Below the pieces are notes generated by a model that was given only the letters and a program-made list of their open reading frames with translations, made no database searches and had not been told where the DNA came from. Positions 39,287-49,447 of a stretch of 64,000 nt of DNA are shown here, in pieces. The DNA comes from Nanobdellota archaeon. Lineage in GTDB: Archaea > Nanobdellota > Nanobdellia > Woesearchaeales > UBA583. The DNA is taken from assembly GCA_022565615.1 (NCBI GenBank), contig JAIUMM010000001.1, forward strand, positions 11,680 to 75,679. Reading direction: 5' to 3'. Position numbers and translations under genes: made by a program. Within the stretch, counting starts at the first letter, position 1, and the number at the start of each line of letters is the position of its first letter.

Positions 39287-41218
39287 ATGACAGTTGAAAT
39301 ATATGGAAACTCCAAAGATTGTATCGATTTTGCATTAAATCAAAATGGAATTACAATTGACAAAATAATTATTACAAGAGATGAATTTGTTGAAAAACTA
39401 GCAAATCCTCAAACAATTCAGGCTTTACTTAGGGGATGTTCTCAGCTTACAACAGAAGAACAGTTTAAAAAATTACTTAATAATGAAGAAGTTCAAGAAG
39501 CATTAAAAACACCAATTAATCCTGATTATGTGAGAAATTTATCACAAAAATTTCAAGAATTTTTTAGCTCATTTGACCAAGTTGAATTAAAAAATTATTC
39601 TTTTATGAACTCAATGAATTCAGATACTTTTAATATTACTCTAAGAACTCAAAGTAATTGCCAATTTAGTATTTACAATATTGATAAAAATGCACTTCAA
39701 TCATCATTTGAAGAAGTATTTTCTAAATATTTTAATTCCCTCTCAACATTACTTAGTGTTAATGAATTACAATTTCAAATTGAGATTACTAAATTTGATG
39801 ATTATAAAAAAGTATTTAATTTATATAAACAAGGTTCAAAATTACTATTATTCTCTCAATTAGGACTCCCTGTTGAAGTTCAAGGTTCATTATATCAAGT
39901 GTATGGAGAACAATATTCTTCATATAAAAATGTGTTATTTTACAATGAAGCTAAACAAGAAGTTATGTATTGTAAACAAGGTTCAAAACTAGGATATGAG
40001 CAAGTTCATATTAAAGGGAAAATTTTAGAAGAACAAGAATTAATTTCAATTCATCAAACTACAAGTTCTTTAAATGATGTAATTGTTGAAGGGTATATTA
40101 ATCATAAAGGAAAAGTTCAATTAACACATATTCAAGTATTTACTCTTCCTATTGAAGAATCTTTTGAAGATAAATTATTGTTATATAAATCAACTAAAAT
40201 TTCAGAAAATACTCATCAGTTAGTTGATGCAGAAAATACACAAAATATTTCACTTATTCCATTTCATGAAGTTGATTTATCAACACCACACCCTAAATTT
40301 GTTATTTTAAGAAATAGTGCAGAATTTAAATCAGCTCTAAGCTCAAGAGTATTTGAAAAAGTTGATGGAGTATTATTTACATTTTCAATTTTCTCACATC
40401 AACTCTTAACAATTTGCTCAAATTTAAATATAACATATATTATTTCAAAAAAAGAGTTTTCAAAATCTCAAGACTCACAAATTAATTGGAGTACTCTTGA
40501 AATTACTAATTTAAATCAAAATTCAAGTGATGCTTTACAAGATTCACAAATTAATCCATTTTCTTCAATACTTCCTCAAAAAACACAAGAAACAATTGAT
40601 AGAGCAAATGAATTAAATTCAATTCAAGAAGAATTAAATTCACAAGCACAAATAAGATCTCAAGAATTACATTCACAAAGACATCAACAACAAGAATATT
40701 CAAGACAACCACAAGAACAGCAAAGCACATATTCAAATACTAATCCACATTCACAACCCTCTTCAAATTCATCTTCTCTATATGGTTCATTAGGAGGAAG
40801 TGGAGGAGGTTCTAAAAAAAGTGCCCTTGCAATGCTTGCAGATTCAGTATTAAATGCTCCTCAAAGACCAACACCTCAACAAGCATCAACTCCTCCTCAA
40901 CCTGAAGTAACAGTAGCTCAAGAATTTCCAATTAGGCAAGAAGAATATTCAAGAGAAAATTTAGAACCAATTCAAAATAGTTATAATTCACAATCAAATA
41001 GTTCTTCTCAAATTAATCCCTTTAACAGTAATAATAGTACTAATATCTCAACTAATTCAAATTACGATATGTCTGGATTTGATTCAAACACTTCTAATTC
41101 AACAGTAAATTCTAATTCAAATAATCTTGTTTTAGACTATATTTCTAAAAGGTTAGAACAATTAGAGCAAGAGAAAAGAGAACTTCAAGAGTTATATAAT
41201 TCACATTTGAATAAATAA
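39287..41218 (+). CDS. Degenerate PEP-synthase-like protein with Q/S/N-rich tail
   Basis: Colinear but eroded PpsA N-domain and His-swivel segments (see findings), followed by a low-complexity tail and a terminal coiled coil. Confidence 0.6.
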   Translation: MTVEIYGNSKDCIDFALNQNGITIDKIIITRDEFVEKLANPQTIQALLRGCSQLTTEEQFKKLLNNEEVQEALKTPINPDYVRNLSQKFQEFFSSFDQVELKNYSFMNSMNSDTFNITLRTQSNCQFSIYNIDKNALQSSFEEVFSKYFNSLSTLLSVNELQFQIEITKFDDYKKVFNLYKQGSKLLLFSQLGLPVEVQGSLYQVYGEQYSSYKNVLFYNEAKQEVMYCKQGSKLGYEQVHIKGKILEEQELISIHQTTSSLNDVIVEGYINHKGKVQLTHIQVFTLPIEESFEDKLLLYKSTKISENTHQLVDAENTQNISLIPFHEVDLSTPHPKFVILRNSAEFKSALSSRVFEKVDGVLFTFSIFSHQLLTICSNLNITYIISKKEFSKSQDSQINWSTLEITNLNQNSSDALQDSQINPFSSILPQKTQETIDRANELNSIQEELNSQAQIRSQELHSQRHQQQEYSRQPQEQQSTYSNTNPHSQPSSNSSSLYGSLGGSGGGSKKSALAMLADSVLNAPQRPTPQQASTPPQPEVTVAQEFPIRQEEYSRENLEPIQNSYNSQSNSSSQINPFNSNNSTNISTNSNYDMSGFDSNTSNSTVNSNSNNLVLDYISKRLEQLEQEKRELQELYNSHLNK

Positions 41219-41242
41219 ACAAATAAACAAATAAACAAATAA
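41210..41242. repeat. Short AAATAAAC tandem repeat
   Basis: aataaataaacaaataaacaaataaacaaataa at the gene end. Confidence 0.8.
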
Positions 41243-41351
41243 TATTGGAATAATAATTAATTATGTTTTAGAATTAATTTTTATTTTACATTATTTACTT
41301 TAAAATATTTCACGTTAATTTTATAAACTCTTAATTTATGTTAAGTATATA

Positions 41352-41831
41352 ATGGTTTTTTCAAAAATATCTCAAGCTTTAAATAGAAATGATGAAAAAT
41401 ATGAAATTCTTCTTCATAAATATTCTTCTTTAAAATTACAAAATAAAAATTTAGTTCAAAAACAAGAATCTCAAAGGGAAGAACATGAGTTTAAAATGGC
41501 TCAAAAGTTTGCAAAAGAAATTTTAACAATTTTTGAACATTATGAAAAAGCAAAAGAGCAAAGTTTTAAAGTTAATGCAACAAGTTCTGAACTACAAAGG
41601 TTTTTATTAGATTTTAATACAATTGGAAAACAATTAGATACAGCAATGAAGCAAAATGGAATTGAAGTTTATGATGCAAAAGAGAGATTTTATGATTCAG
41701 ATTTACATGAGCTTGGGAGTTATCAAGAATCAAAAGGGATGCAAAAAGGAATTATTTTAAAAACTACTAGAAAAGGATATAAATTTAAAAATAGAACAAT
41801 TAAAAAACCAAGAGTTGTGGTTACTAATTAA
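41352..41831 (+). CDS. grpE: GrpE nucleotide-exchange-factor-like protein
   Basis: Long N-terminal helix, GIE....FYDSDLHE and KGYKFKNRTIKKPRVVV. Confidence 0.85.
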   Translation: MVFSKISQALNRNDEKYEILLHKYSSLKLQNKNLVQKQESQREEHEFKMAQKFAKEILTIFEHYEKAKEQSFKVNATSSELQRFLLDFNTIGKQLDTAMKQNGIEVYDAKERFYDSDLHELGSYQESKGMQKGIILKTTRKGYKFKNRTIKKPRVVVTN

Positions 41832-41909
41832 TTTTTTTCAAAAATATTTTTTGTTATTATTGTTGATAGTGACAATTATTTTTATAATTTCAAACTTATT
41901 TTTTAAAAT

Positions 41910-42710
41910 ATGACTAAAATAACACAAATATTCACAGATTCATTTAGAAAACTAAAAGAAAAGATTACAAACTCTTCAAAAAAGAAAGATACAAAGTATG
42001 GGACATATGAATCTCATGAATCAACACATGAAGTTTCATCTCAAACACGAGAGAGTATGGTTCAAACAACTCAAGAAATTAAAACACAACTTCAAAAATC
42101 AAGTTCAAATGCTAAATTGAATACTAAAAAAATATTATCTAAACAAAGTGATAAAAAAAATTTACCTTCATCTTCTAAAATTACAAAATCACCTGTAAGT
42201 AAGAAAATTTCAATTTCTTCTAAACCAAAATCTACAATCACAAAACCTCAGCCTAAACAAAAAACTATAACTAAAGTAGTAAATTCAAATATTAGTGAAA
42301 AAAAATATCCTTCAGGTAAAATTGTCAATTCAGTAGTTTTAAGTGAAGTTGAAAGAGGATATTTAGAACTTGCAGGATTTAAAAATTATAAAGATGCATT
42401 TATTGGTCTAGAAACAAGTACTAAAAGAACTTCTATTGCTAAAAAAGTAGCAACTCAAACAACTACTCTTTCAACAATTTTGAAAAAATTAGAGTTACTT
42501 CAAGTTAAAGGAGTGGGGGAAAATTTAGCATTTGTATTGGTTGAAGTTGGTGTAAATTCAGTTCAAAAATTACAAAAAGCAGATTCAGCAAAATTAATTA
42601 AAAAAATTCAAAATTATTCAAAAATTCAACCTGATATTGATATTAAATTATCACAAAAACAACTTGAGAATATTCAAAAAGAAGCTAAGTTAGTTCAAAG
42701 TGCTTTTTAA
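41910..42710 (+). CDS. DUF4332-like HhH protein with long Lys/Ser/Thr-rich N-terminus
   Basis: C-terminal ELLQVKGVGENLAFVLVEVGVNSVQKL. Confidence 0.7.
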   Translation: MTKITQIFTDSFRKLKEKITNSSKKKDTKYGTYESHESTHEVSSQTRESMVQTTQEIKTQLQKSSSNAKLNTKKILSKQSDKKNLPSSSKITKSPVSKKISISSKPKSTITKPQPKQKTITKVVNSNISEKKYPSGKIVNSVVLSEVERGYLELAGFKNYKDAFIGLETSTKRTSIAKKVATQTTTLSTILKKLELLQVKGVGENLAFVLVEVGVNSVQKLQKADSAKLIKKIQNYSKIQPDIDIKLSQKQLENIQKEAKLVQSAF

Positions 42711-42817
42711 TAAGTACTAATTTTATAATTTAATTTAATTTAATTTGTATTAGTATATTTTTCCCTTTGTAGAAATAACAAATCCATAAATACTACTAAA
42801 TTATATTTTTTAGTATC

Positions 42818-43075
42818 ATGGTAATGGTAGGAGATCAAAATTTTTTATTTTTTGTAATGTTTTGGACAATTATAGCAATGATGTTAGTATTAATTTACTC
42901 ATTGAAACAAATCATAATTACACAAAAATATATGCAAAATATAGATAGAAATATTGAAAAGATGGTTAAACAGACTCTTGCAGAAGAGGAGAGAATTTTA
43001 CATGATTTAGAGGAAATTGAAGATGAAATGCATTTAAAAAAATCTTCAGCTAAAAAATCTACTAAAAAGAAATAA
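42818..43075 (+). CDS. Small membrane-anchored coiled-coil protein
   Basis: One TM helix, a coiled coil and a basic tail. Confidence 0.7.
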   Translation: MVMVGDQNFLFFVMFWTIIAMMLVLIYSLKQIIITQKYMQNIDRNIEKMVKQTLAEEERILHDLEEIEDEMHLKKSSAKKSTKKK

Positions 43076-43095
43076 TAGAATTAAAATAATACAAA

Positions 43096-43305
43096 ATGGT
43101 AGTAAAAAAAGAAACTAATCACGTAGAACATACAGATTTACATATATATGGAACAGCATTTTTAGTAGCTTCAATTGTAATTATTATATTTACAATCATA
43201 TATTCATTAATTAATCCAGTAACTCAAACAGGAATTCATATTTTATTTTATCTTATAGTTTTAGTAATGCTTGTTTGGGGAATTTACTTAATTAAAAATT
43301 ATTAA
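43096..43305 (+). CDS. Small 2-TM membrane protein
   Basis: Two hydrophobic helices; 20 nt downstream of the previous gene. Confidence 0.65.
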   Translation: MVVKKETNHVEHTDLHIYGTAFLVASIVIIIFTIIYSLINPVTQTGIHILFYLIVLVMLVWGIYLIKNY

Positions 43306-43467
43306 TTAAATAAATTTTTGCAATAAAATACTTCTAATTTAAATAAATACAATTCAAATTCTCTTAATTTAAAATTTTTGTTAATTCACTTATTTTAATG
43401 TGCTATTTTCATAATTAAATTCATATAATCATTTAATTTAAAAAAGAAATTTAATTTAACATATATT

Positions 43468-44409
43468 ATGGAAAATTCTAAAAAAATATATGATTGTATT
43501 ATAGTGGGAGGAGGGTGTGCAGGGTATCCCGCTGCAGTGTATGCTGCAAGGTTTAATATGGATACTCTATTGATTGCAAAAGAGCCAGGTGGTTTAATTA
43601 CAACAACTCATTTAGTTGAAAATTATCCAGGATTTATTTCTCTTACAGGTCAAGAACTTGCAGATAAGTTAAAAGATCATGTAATTGCAAATAATGTTCC
43701 AATGGTTGATGATATTGTAACTTCAGTTTCAAGAGATGAAAATTCAAAATTATTCACTATTAAAACTGGAATTTTAGAAGAAGAGTATACAGCAAAAACA
43801 GTAATTTTAGCAACAGGAACTCAACATAAGCATTTAGGGGCACCAGGAGAGTGGGATTTTCAATCAAAAGGTGTTTCATACTGTGCAACTTGTGATGGTC
43901 CTTTTTTTAAAAGAAAAGTTGTAGCAATAGTAGGAGGAGGAGATAGTGCTGCAAAAGAAGCTATGGTTTTAGCTCAAACATGTGAGAAAGTATATATGTT
44001 TGTAAGAAGTACTCTTAAAGCTGAACCTATAAATGCTGATAGAATTAAAAAAATTGAAAATATTGAAGTAATTGAAGGAGTAAATGTTACTAAGATTTGT
44101 GGGGATAAGAAAGTAACTCATGTTGAGTTAGACAAAGAAGTTAATGGTTCAAATATGGTGGAATTAAGTGCTGTATTTATTGCAATTGGAATGAATCCTC
44201 AAAATGAACTTGCAAAAGAATTAGGAGTTGAGTTAAATAAAAAAGGGGAAATTATTATTAATAGGGTATCAGAAACAAATATTGAGGGAGTTATTGCAGC
44301 AGGAGATGTTACAGATGCTCCTTGGAAGCAAGGAATTATTGCAGCTGCTGAAGGAAGTGTGGCTGCATATTCAGCATTTGAATATCTACAAAAATTCAAT
44401 GATAATTAA
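43468..44409 (+). CDS. trxB: Thioredoxin reductase
   Basis: GGGCAG, VENYPG, GVSYCATCDG, GGGDSA and AAGDVT. Confidence 0.96.
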   Translation: MENSKKIYDCIIVGGGCAGYPAAVYAARFNMDTLLIAKEPGGLITTTHLVENYPGFISLTGQELADKLKDHVIANNVPMVDDIVTSVSRDENSKLFTIKTGILEEEYTAKTVILATGTQHKHLGAPGEWDFQSKGVSYCATCDGPFFKRKVVAIVGGGDSAAKEAMVLAQTCEKVYMFVRSTLKAEPINADRIKKIENIEVIEGVNVTKICGDKKVTHVELDKEVNGSNMVELSAVFIAIGMNPQNELAKELGVELNKKGEIIINRVSETNIEGVIAAGDVTDAPWKQGIIAAAEGSVAAYSAFEYLQKFNDN

Positions 44410-44528
44410 TTTTTTATTTTATATTGAATCTTATTTTTATTAAATAGTAGTTACAAATAATTTTAATTAGTAGCTCAATACCTTTTCACAACTATTGAAA
44501 TTAAGGAGGATTTCAATTAGACAATAAA

Positions 44529-44819
44529 ATGGCATTAGATAGTACACAAGAAGCAAACCCTAGTTTACACGGAAGAAGTTTGGAAGCAAAATTAGAAAAA
44601 TATGAAGGAATTAGTCCTAAAGTAAAAGGAGTTAAGGCAGTTTATAGATTAGCACAACAATCAGTTAGAGATTTTATTAGTAATTTACCTAGGGGATTTT
44701 CTCCATATGGAACTTATAGGGTAATTGGAAATTCAAGGCAACATTATTGTGATGTAAGCTCAGAAATTGATGGTACTGGATCTCCTACATTAAGAATCCA
44801 AGGACCTTATAAATTATAA
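44529..44819 (+). CDS. Hypothetical protein
   Basis: 96-aa ORF; an AGGAGG inside a hairpin lies upstream. Confidence 0.5.
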   Translation: MALDSTQEANPSLHGRSLEAKLEKYEGISPKVKGVKAVYRLAQQSVRDFISNLPRGFSPYGTYRVIGNSRQHYCDVSSEIDGTGSPTLRIQGPYKL

Positions 44820-44846
44820 TTTTTAGTATTTCACTATTTTTAATTA

Positions 44847-44996
44847 TTCAAATAATAAGCAAAAATTTTTTGAAATTTTTTGATATTTTGAGTTTCACTC
44901 TAATAATTAGCAGAAATCAAAGATTTCTTAATTATTAGAATGGTTTATTCATTCAAATAGCAAGCAGAAATTTGAAAAATTTCTTTGTTGTTAGAG
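44847..44996. repeat. Three tandem ~45-bp imperfect palindromes (REP/BIME-like)
   Basis: Units at 44847-44892, 44898-44940 and 44952-44996 share a stem with an unpaired GC, an ARAAATY inner stem and a ~3-nt loop. Confidence 0.75.
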
Positions 44997-45004
44997 TAAC
45001 TCTC

Positions 45005-47854
45005 TTACTCGAACAATTCCATTAAATCTTCCCATTCAAGTCGTTTAATAAATCCTTTATCTTCACTAATTAAATTTTCAAATAAATTACCTTTTGTTTC
45101 TTGTAAATTTAAAATTTTCTCCTCTATTGAATTTTTAGTAATAAATTTGTACACATTAACACTTCTTTTTTGTCCAATTCTGTGTGCTCTATCAATTGCT
45201 TGTTTTTCTGCCATAGGGTTCCACCAAGGATCATAAATAAATACTGAACTTGCAGCAGTTAAATTTAAACCAACTCCTCCTGCTTTTAAGGAGATTAAAA
45301 ATACTTTAACATCTTCATTACTATTAAACTCATCAACTAATTGTTGTCTATTTTGAGTTGAACCATCAAGTCTTAAATAATTAATTTTTTTCTCTTTTAA
45401 GTCCTTCTCCATAATATTCATCATTGAAGTAAATTGAGAGAATACAAGCACTTTTTCTCCTCCTTCAACAACTTCATCAAGTAACTCTTTAAATTGCTCA
45501 AATTTACTACTCTCAACTCCCTCTTGGTCAAAATCATTACCCAAAAGTTGAGGATGATTACAAACTTGCCTAAGTTTTAATAGAGCTGAGAGAACTTGCA
45601 TTCTTGATTTATCAAATCCTTGTTCTTTGACAAGTGTTAAAGTATCCGCTTTTAATCTTTCAAGAACTTCTGTATAAATTCCAACTTGCTTATTATTCAT
45701 TTCATTATACATAATTTGTTCTTGTTTATCTGGCAATTCTTTTAAAACTTCTTTTTTAGTTCTTCTTAAAATAAATGGTTTAATCTTTGCTTGAAGTATT
45801 TCAAGAGCAATCATATTATTTCTCTCAATTTTACTTGAAAATTCTCGTTTAAAATCTAATTTATTACCTAAATATTCTGGCATTACTAAATCAAATGTTC
45901 CATATAATTCATCTAAATTATTCTCAAGAGGAGTTCCTGTAAGTAATAATTTATGTTTAGCTGAAATGAGTCTTACAGCTTTTGCAGAGAGAGTTTTAGC
46001 ATTTTTAACATAATGTGCTTCATCTAACAATTTATACACAAATTCAATTTCATTTTCCACATATACAGAATAATCTTTTTGAAGCATTGAATAAGAAGTA
46101 ATTGCTAAATCAACTGGTTTTTTTTTAAGTTCTTCAATTAATTCTTTTCTTTGCTGTGAATTTCCATCAATGACTTTTACACTCATTTCAGGGAAAAATT
46201 TTTTAGCTTCAGCTTCCCAATTATACATCAAAGTCTTAGGGCAAATTACTATGTGAGGACCATTAAGAGTTTTAATTGCACAAAGTGATTGAATAGTTTT
46301 TCCAAGACCCATTTCATCAGCTAAAATTCCTCCAAAATTATATTTTCTTAAAAATGAAATCCAATTTACACCTTCTTTTTGATAATCTCTTAAAATACTA
46401 ATTACTTCATCTGGATAATTAACATCTTCAACAGGTTTTTTATCTTTCATTTCAGAAATCATGTCTTTATATTCTTGATTTGATTGAACATGTTTATCTT
46501 GAAAATCTTTTAAAAATTCATCTAATTCAAGAGCAGTAATTGAACCTGTTTTATATACACCTTTTGTTCTTTTAAACTCATATCTTCCTAAAAATTCAAT
46601 CCATTTATTAATTTCACGAATATTTTCAATATTAATAGTTGTTCCATTTTCAAGTTGGAAATATTTTTTATTTTTTTGAACTAATTCTTTTAAAAATTCT
46701 AAATCAACATATTCATCTCCAATTTTAAATTTAACATTAAACTCAAATAAATCAACTCTTTTAATTAACTTAGTATCAATTTCAAATTGAACTTCTCCAT
46801 GTACTAATTCAAGTCTTTGACCTTCTTTATACTCAATTGTATATTCTTTCTCAAGTCTTGGAATAATATGTTTAATTACTAACTCTAAACTTGAGATTGG
46901 GAGCATAATTGAAAATGGATTTTTAGAAGAAATTGAGGGCCTTAGTCTATTTTCAACAAAAATATTTCTAAAGTCTTCAGAGCTTAGAGAAATATCACTT
47001 AAAAAATCAACTCGTTTATTATCAACAATTGCAGTTTTTATTTTTCTAGTTTTATCAATCCAATTGACAGTTTCAGCATATGTGTATAAATCAACATCAA
47101 AATACTCTTCCCCAATTTTATATTTACATTCAAATGTTACAAAATGGTTTGTTCTTCCAACTTCAATAATTAAAGAAGCAACTTGTTCAACTCTTGGCAT
47201 TGAAATAATTTCATTTAATTCATTATCAATAACTACTCTATGTGCTTGTTCAAGTTGAGAAATTAATATATCTTTAATTGATAAAAAACTATCAACAGAA
47301 AATGCATTTTTGCCTTCAAAAATTTCACGATATAGAGCATTATTTATTTTAGAACTAAGTAGATATAAAGTTGATCCTTGTTTAATTAATACTTCATTTG
47401 GAGTAATAAAAGGAGTTACATCATCAACACATTTAAGTTTAATATTTGAAAATTCATCTAAATTAAATCTAAAACTTAACTGAATTTCTTCATTTGAAAA
47501 TTCAATTTTTTCATCATTTAAATAAACATCATGATTTACTTCTCTTAAATATTCAACAATTAAATCTAAATCAGTTACAACTCTATATAAAGATTGAATA
47601 ATTCCAAGTCTTGAAGAAATATAACTTAGTAATGAAATTTCTTTATCATTTAATGTATTTTTAATATCTTTTAAAACTGATGAAATTTCAGTTGCATTTA
47701 ATCTCTCTTCTCCATTTACTACAAAAAATTGAAGTTGATTATCAATTTTTTTTAAGTGATATGATAAATTATATTCTCTAGAATTTGAATTTGATTCATT
47801 AGGAGATGAATTTTGTTGTTTTAAAACACTCTCATCAAAAAAATTAGTTCCCAT
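45005..47854 (-). CDS. SNF2-family helicase (bacterial-type)
   Basis: LRDYQKEG, LADEMGLGKT, DEAH, LTGTPLEN, SLKAGGVGLNL, DPWWNP and RAHRIGQ. Confidence 0.96.
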   Translation of the reverse strand: MGTNFFDESVLKQQNSSPNESNSNSREYNLSYHLKKIDNQLQFFVVNGEERLNATEISSVLKDIKNTLNDKEISLLSYISSRLGIIQSLYRVVTDLDLIVEYLREVNHDVYLNDEKIEFSNEEIQLSFRFNLDEFSNIKLKCVDDVTPFITPNEVLIKQGSTLYLLSSKINNALYREIFEGKNAFSVDSFLSIKDILISQLEQAHRVVIDNELNEIISMPRVEQVASLIIEVGRTNHFVTFECKYKIGEEYFDVDLYTYAETVNWIDKTRKIKTAIVDNKRVDFLSDISLSSEDFRNIFVENRLRPSISSKNPFSIMLPISSLELVIKHIIPRLEKEYTIEYKEGQRLELVHGEVQFEIDTKLIKRVDLFEFNVKFKIGDEYVDLEFLKELVQKNKKYFQLENGTTINIENIREINKWIEFLGRYEFKRTKGVYKTGSITALELDEFLKDFQDKHVQSNQEYKDMISEMKDKKPVEDVNYPDEVISILRDYQKEGVNWISFLRKYNFGGILADEMGLGKTIQSLCAIKTLNGPHIVICPKTLMYNWEAEAKKFFPEMSVKVIDGNSQQRKELIEELKKKPVDLAITSYSMLQKDYSVYVENEIEFVYKLLDEAHYVKNAKTLSAKAVRLISAKHKLLLTGTPLENNLDELYGTFDLVMPEYLGNKLDFKREFSSKIERNNMIALEILQAKIKPFILRRTKKEVLKELPDKQEQIMYNEMNNKQVGIYTEVLERLKADTLTLVKEQGFDKSRMQVLSALLKLRQVCNHPQLLGNDFDQEGVESSKFEQFKELLDEVVEGGEKVLVFSQFTSMMNIMEKDLKEKKINYLRLDGSTQNRQQLVDEFNSNEDVKVFLISLKAGGVGLNLTAASSVFIYDPWWNPMAEKQAIDRAHRIGQKRSVNVYKFITKNSIEEKILNLQETKGNLFENLISEDKGFIKRLEWEDLMELFE

Positions 47855-48012
47855 TAATCTCGGTAATTAATTGAAGTTTATAAAATCTTTGTTAATTTGC
47901 TATTTTTTGTACTTTTTGAAGTTTTTTAAAATTATTATTTTTATCATTTTTAAAATTCAATTAATTTTTATTGTTCATATTTTTAATTTAAATTATTGCT
48001 AAATTTAATTAA

Positions 48013-48984
48013 TTAACTCAAAGTAATAATTGGCTTTGAGTTTGTTGAAAAAAAATCTCCAAGAGGAATATTCACACTAATAATTGAAGATGTTCTTGAA
48101 GGAGTATATGTCATCACTAATGTTTCATTTCCAACTTCTTCTCTTAAATCTGCAATTACATCTCTTAAATATCCAATTTCATCAATAAGTTCTAACTCTA
48201 ATGCTCTTCTACCTAAAAATATTTCACCAGTAGCAAGACTAGTTACATACTCAACACTTAAATTTCTATGTTGGGCAATATGTTCAATAAATTCCAAGTG
48301 AACGGTATCAAGTAAATTTTGCATCATAATTTTCTCATCTTCTCTTTGTTCTCTAAACGGACTCCCAATATCTTTAAACTCTCCAGCTGTTTGTTGTCTG
48401 TATGTAATATTCCACTCCTGAATAAATTCTTCAAATGAAAGTGTTGCACTTGTAACACCAATACTCCCAACAATTGAAAGAGGGGCTGAATAAATTTTAT
48501 CAGAACTCACAGCAATCCAATACGCTCCACTTGCACCTAAATCCGAAAATACGGTGTAAACAGGTTTTTTATCCTTTGCATATAAAATAGCTTGTGCAAT
48601 CTCATCACTTGCAACTGGACTTCCTCCAGGTGAATTGATGTCTAAAATAATCGCTTTAATTGAATTATCATCAGCTAATGTATAAATTTGATTTGCAATC
48701 ATTCTACTTGAAGCAGTATTTGAAAATAAAGAGATACTTGAACTTGTCGTAATTTCTCCACTAATTGGAACTACTGCAATTTTAGGAGCAATTGCAATAG
48801 TACAAGATGATATTAAAATTGAGAGAATTATTAAAATAATAATTGACCACACAACTCTTTTTACAGTTATAATAGAAGAAATTTTAGAACTATCGTCTCT
48901 ACTATTTTTAAAATTATTATTATTTCTTTTTTTGTCTTTTGATGAATCATCAGAATCATCATTTAGTTTAACATATTCAACCAT
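48013..48984 (-). CDS. sppA: Signal peptide peptidase SppA (S49)
   Basis: INSPGGS, GASGAYWIA, VGSIGV and GEFKD. Confidence 0.95.
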   Translation of the reverse strand: MVEYVKLNDDSDDSSKDKKRNNNNFKNSRDDSSKISSIITVKRVVWSIIILIILSILISSCTIAIAPKIAVVPISGEITTSSSISLFSNTASSRMIANQIYTLADDNSIKAIILDINSPGGSPVASDEIAQAILYAKDKKPVYTVFSDLGASGAYWIAVSSDKIYSAPLSIVGSIGVTSATLSFEEFIQEWNITYRQQTAGEFKDIGSPFREQREDEKIMMQNLLDTVHLEFIEHIAQHRNLSVEYVTSLATGEIFLGRRALELELIDEIGYLRDVIADLREEVGNETLVMTYTPSRTSSIISVNIPLGDFFSTNSKPIITLS

Positions 48985-49044
48985 AAAAATTACAATTACT
49001 TATTTTATTTAAATATTTGTAAATAATTTTTCATAATCTTAATT

Positions 49045-49419
49045 TTAAATACCTATTGAAAAATCATCAGATATTATCTCAAGTTCATTTGAATAAAATT
49101 TTATTAATGTATTGAGAACTTTAGAATAGTTTTTTTCAACTATTTCGTAATGACCAATTTCTCCACCATATCCAAATCCTGAAAATGAAATACTACAATA
49201 ATATTGATTAGAATTTGTTAAAATTAATTCAAAATTATTTCCATCATATATTTGTGTTGGAATTTCTTGATACATTTTTTTTGTTTTCTTATTTTTAAAT
49301 CTAATTTTATCAATATTTTTTTTAAGAATTAATATGATTATCTCAGATGTGAGAGGATTAGTTGAATCAAATATTTTTAGAAGACTTAGATAATCATTAC
49401 TCTTTGGTTTAAATGTCAT
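49045..49419 (-). CDS. Hypothetical protein
   Basis: 124-aa ORF in the position where rsmA/ksgA usually follows DUF655; no motif recognised. Confidence 0.5.
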   Translation of the reverse strand: MTFKPKSNDYLSLLKIFDSTNPLTSEIIILILKKNIDKIRFKNKKTKKMYQEIPTQIYDGNNFELILTNSNQYYCSISFSGFGYGGEIGHYEIVEKNYSKVLNTLIKFYSNELEIISDDFSIGI

Positions 49420-49447
49420 AGTTATTAGAAAACTTTTAAAGTTTAAA

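Noticed and set aside
44847-44996. CRISPR array
   Set aside because: The units are diverged ~45-bp palindromes with 5-11 nt linkers, the reverse of CRISPR geometry.
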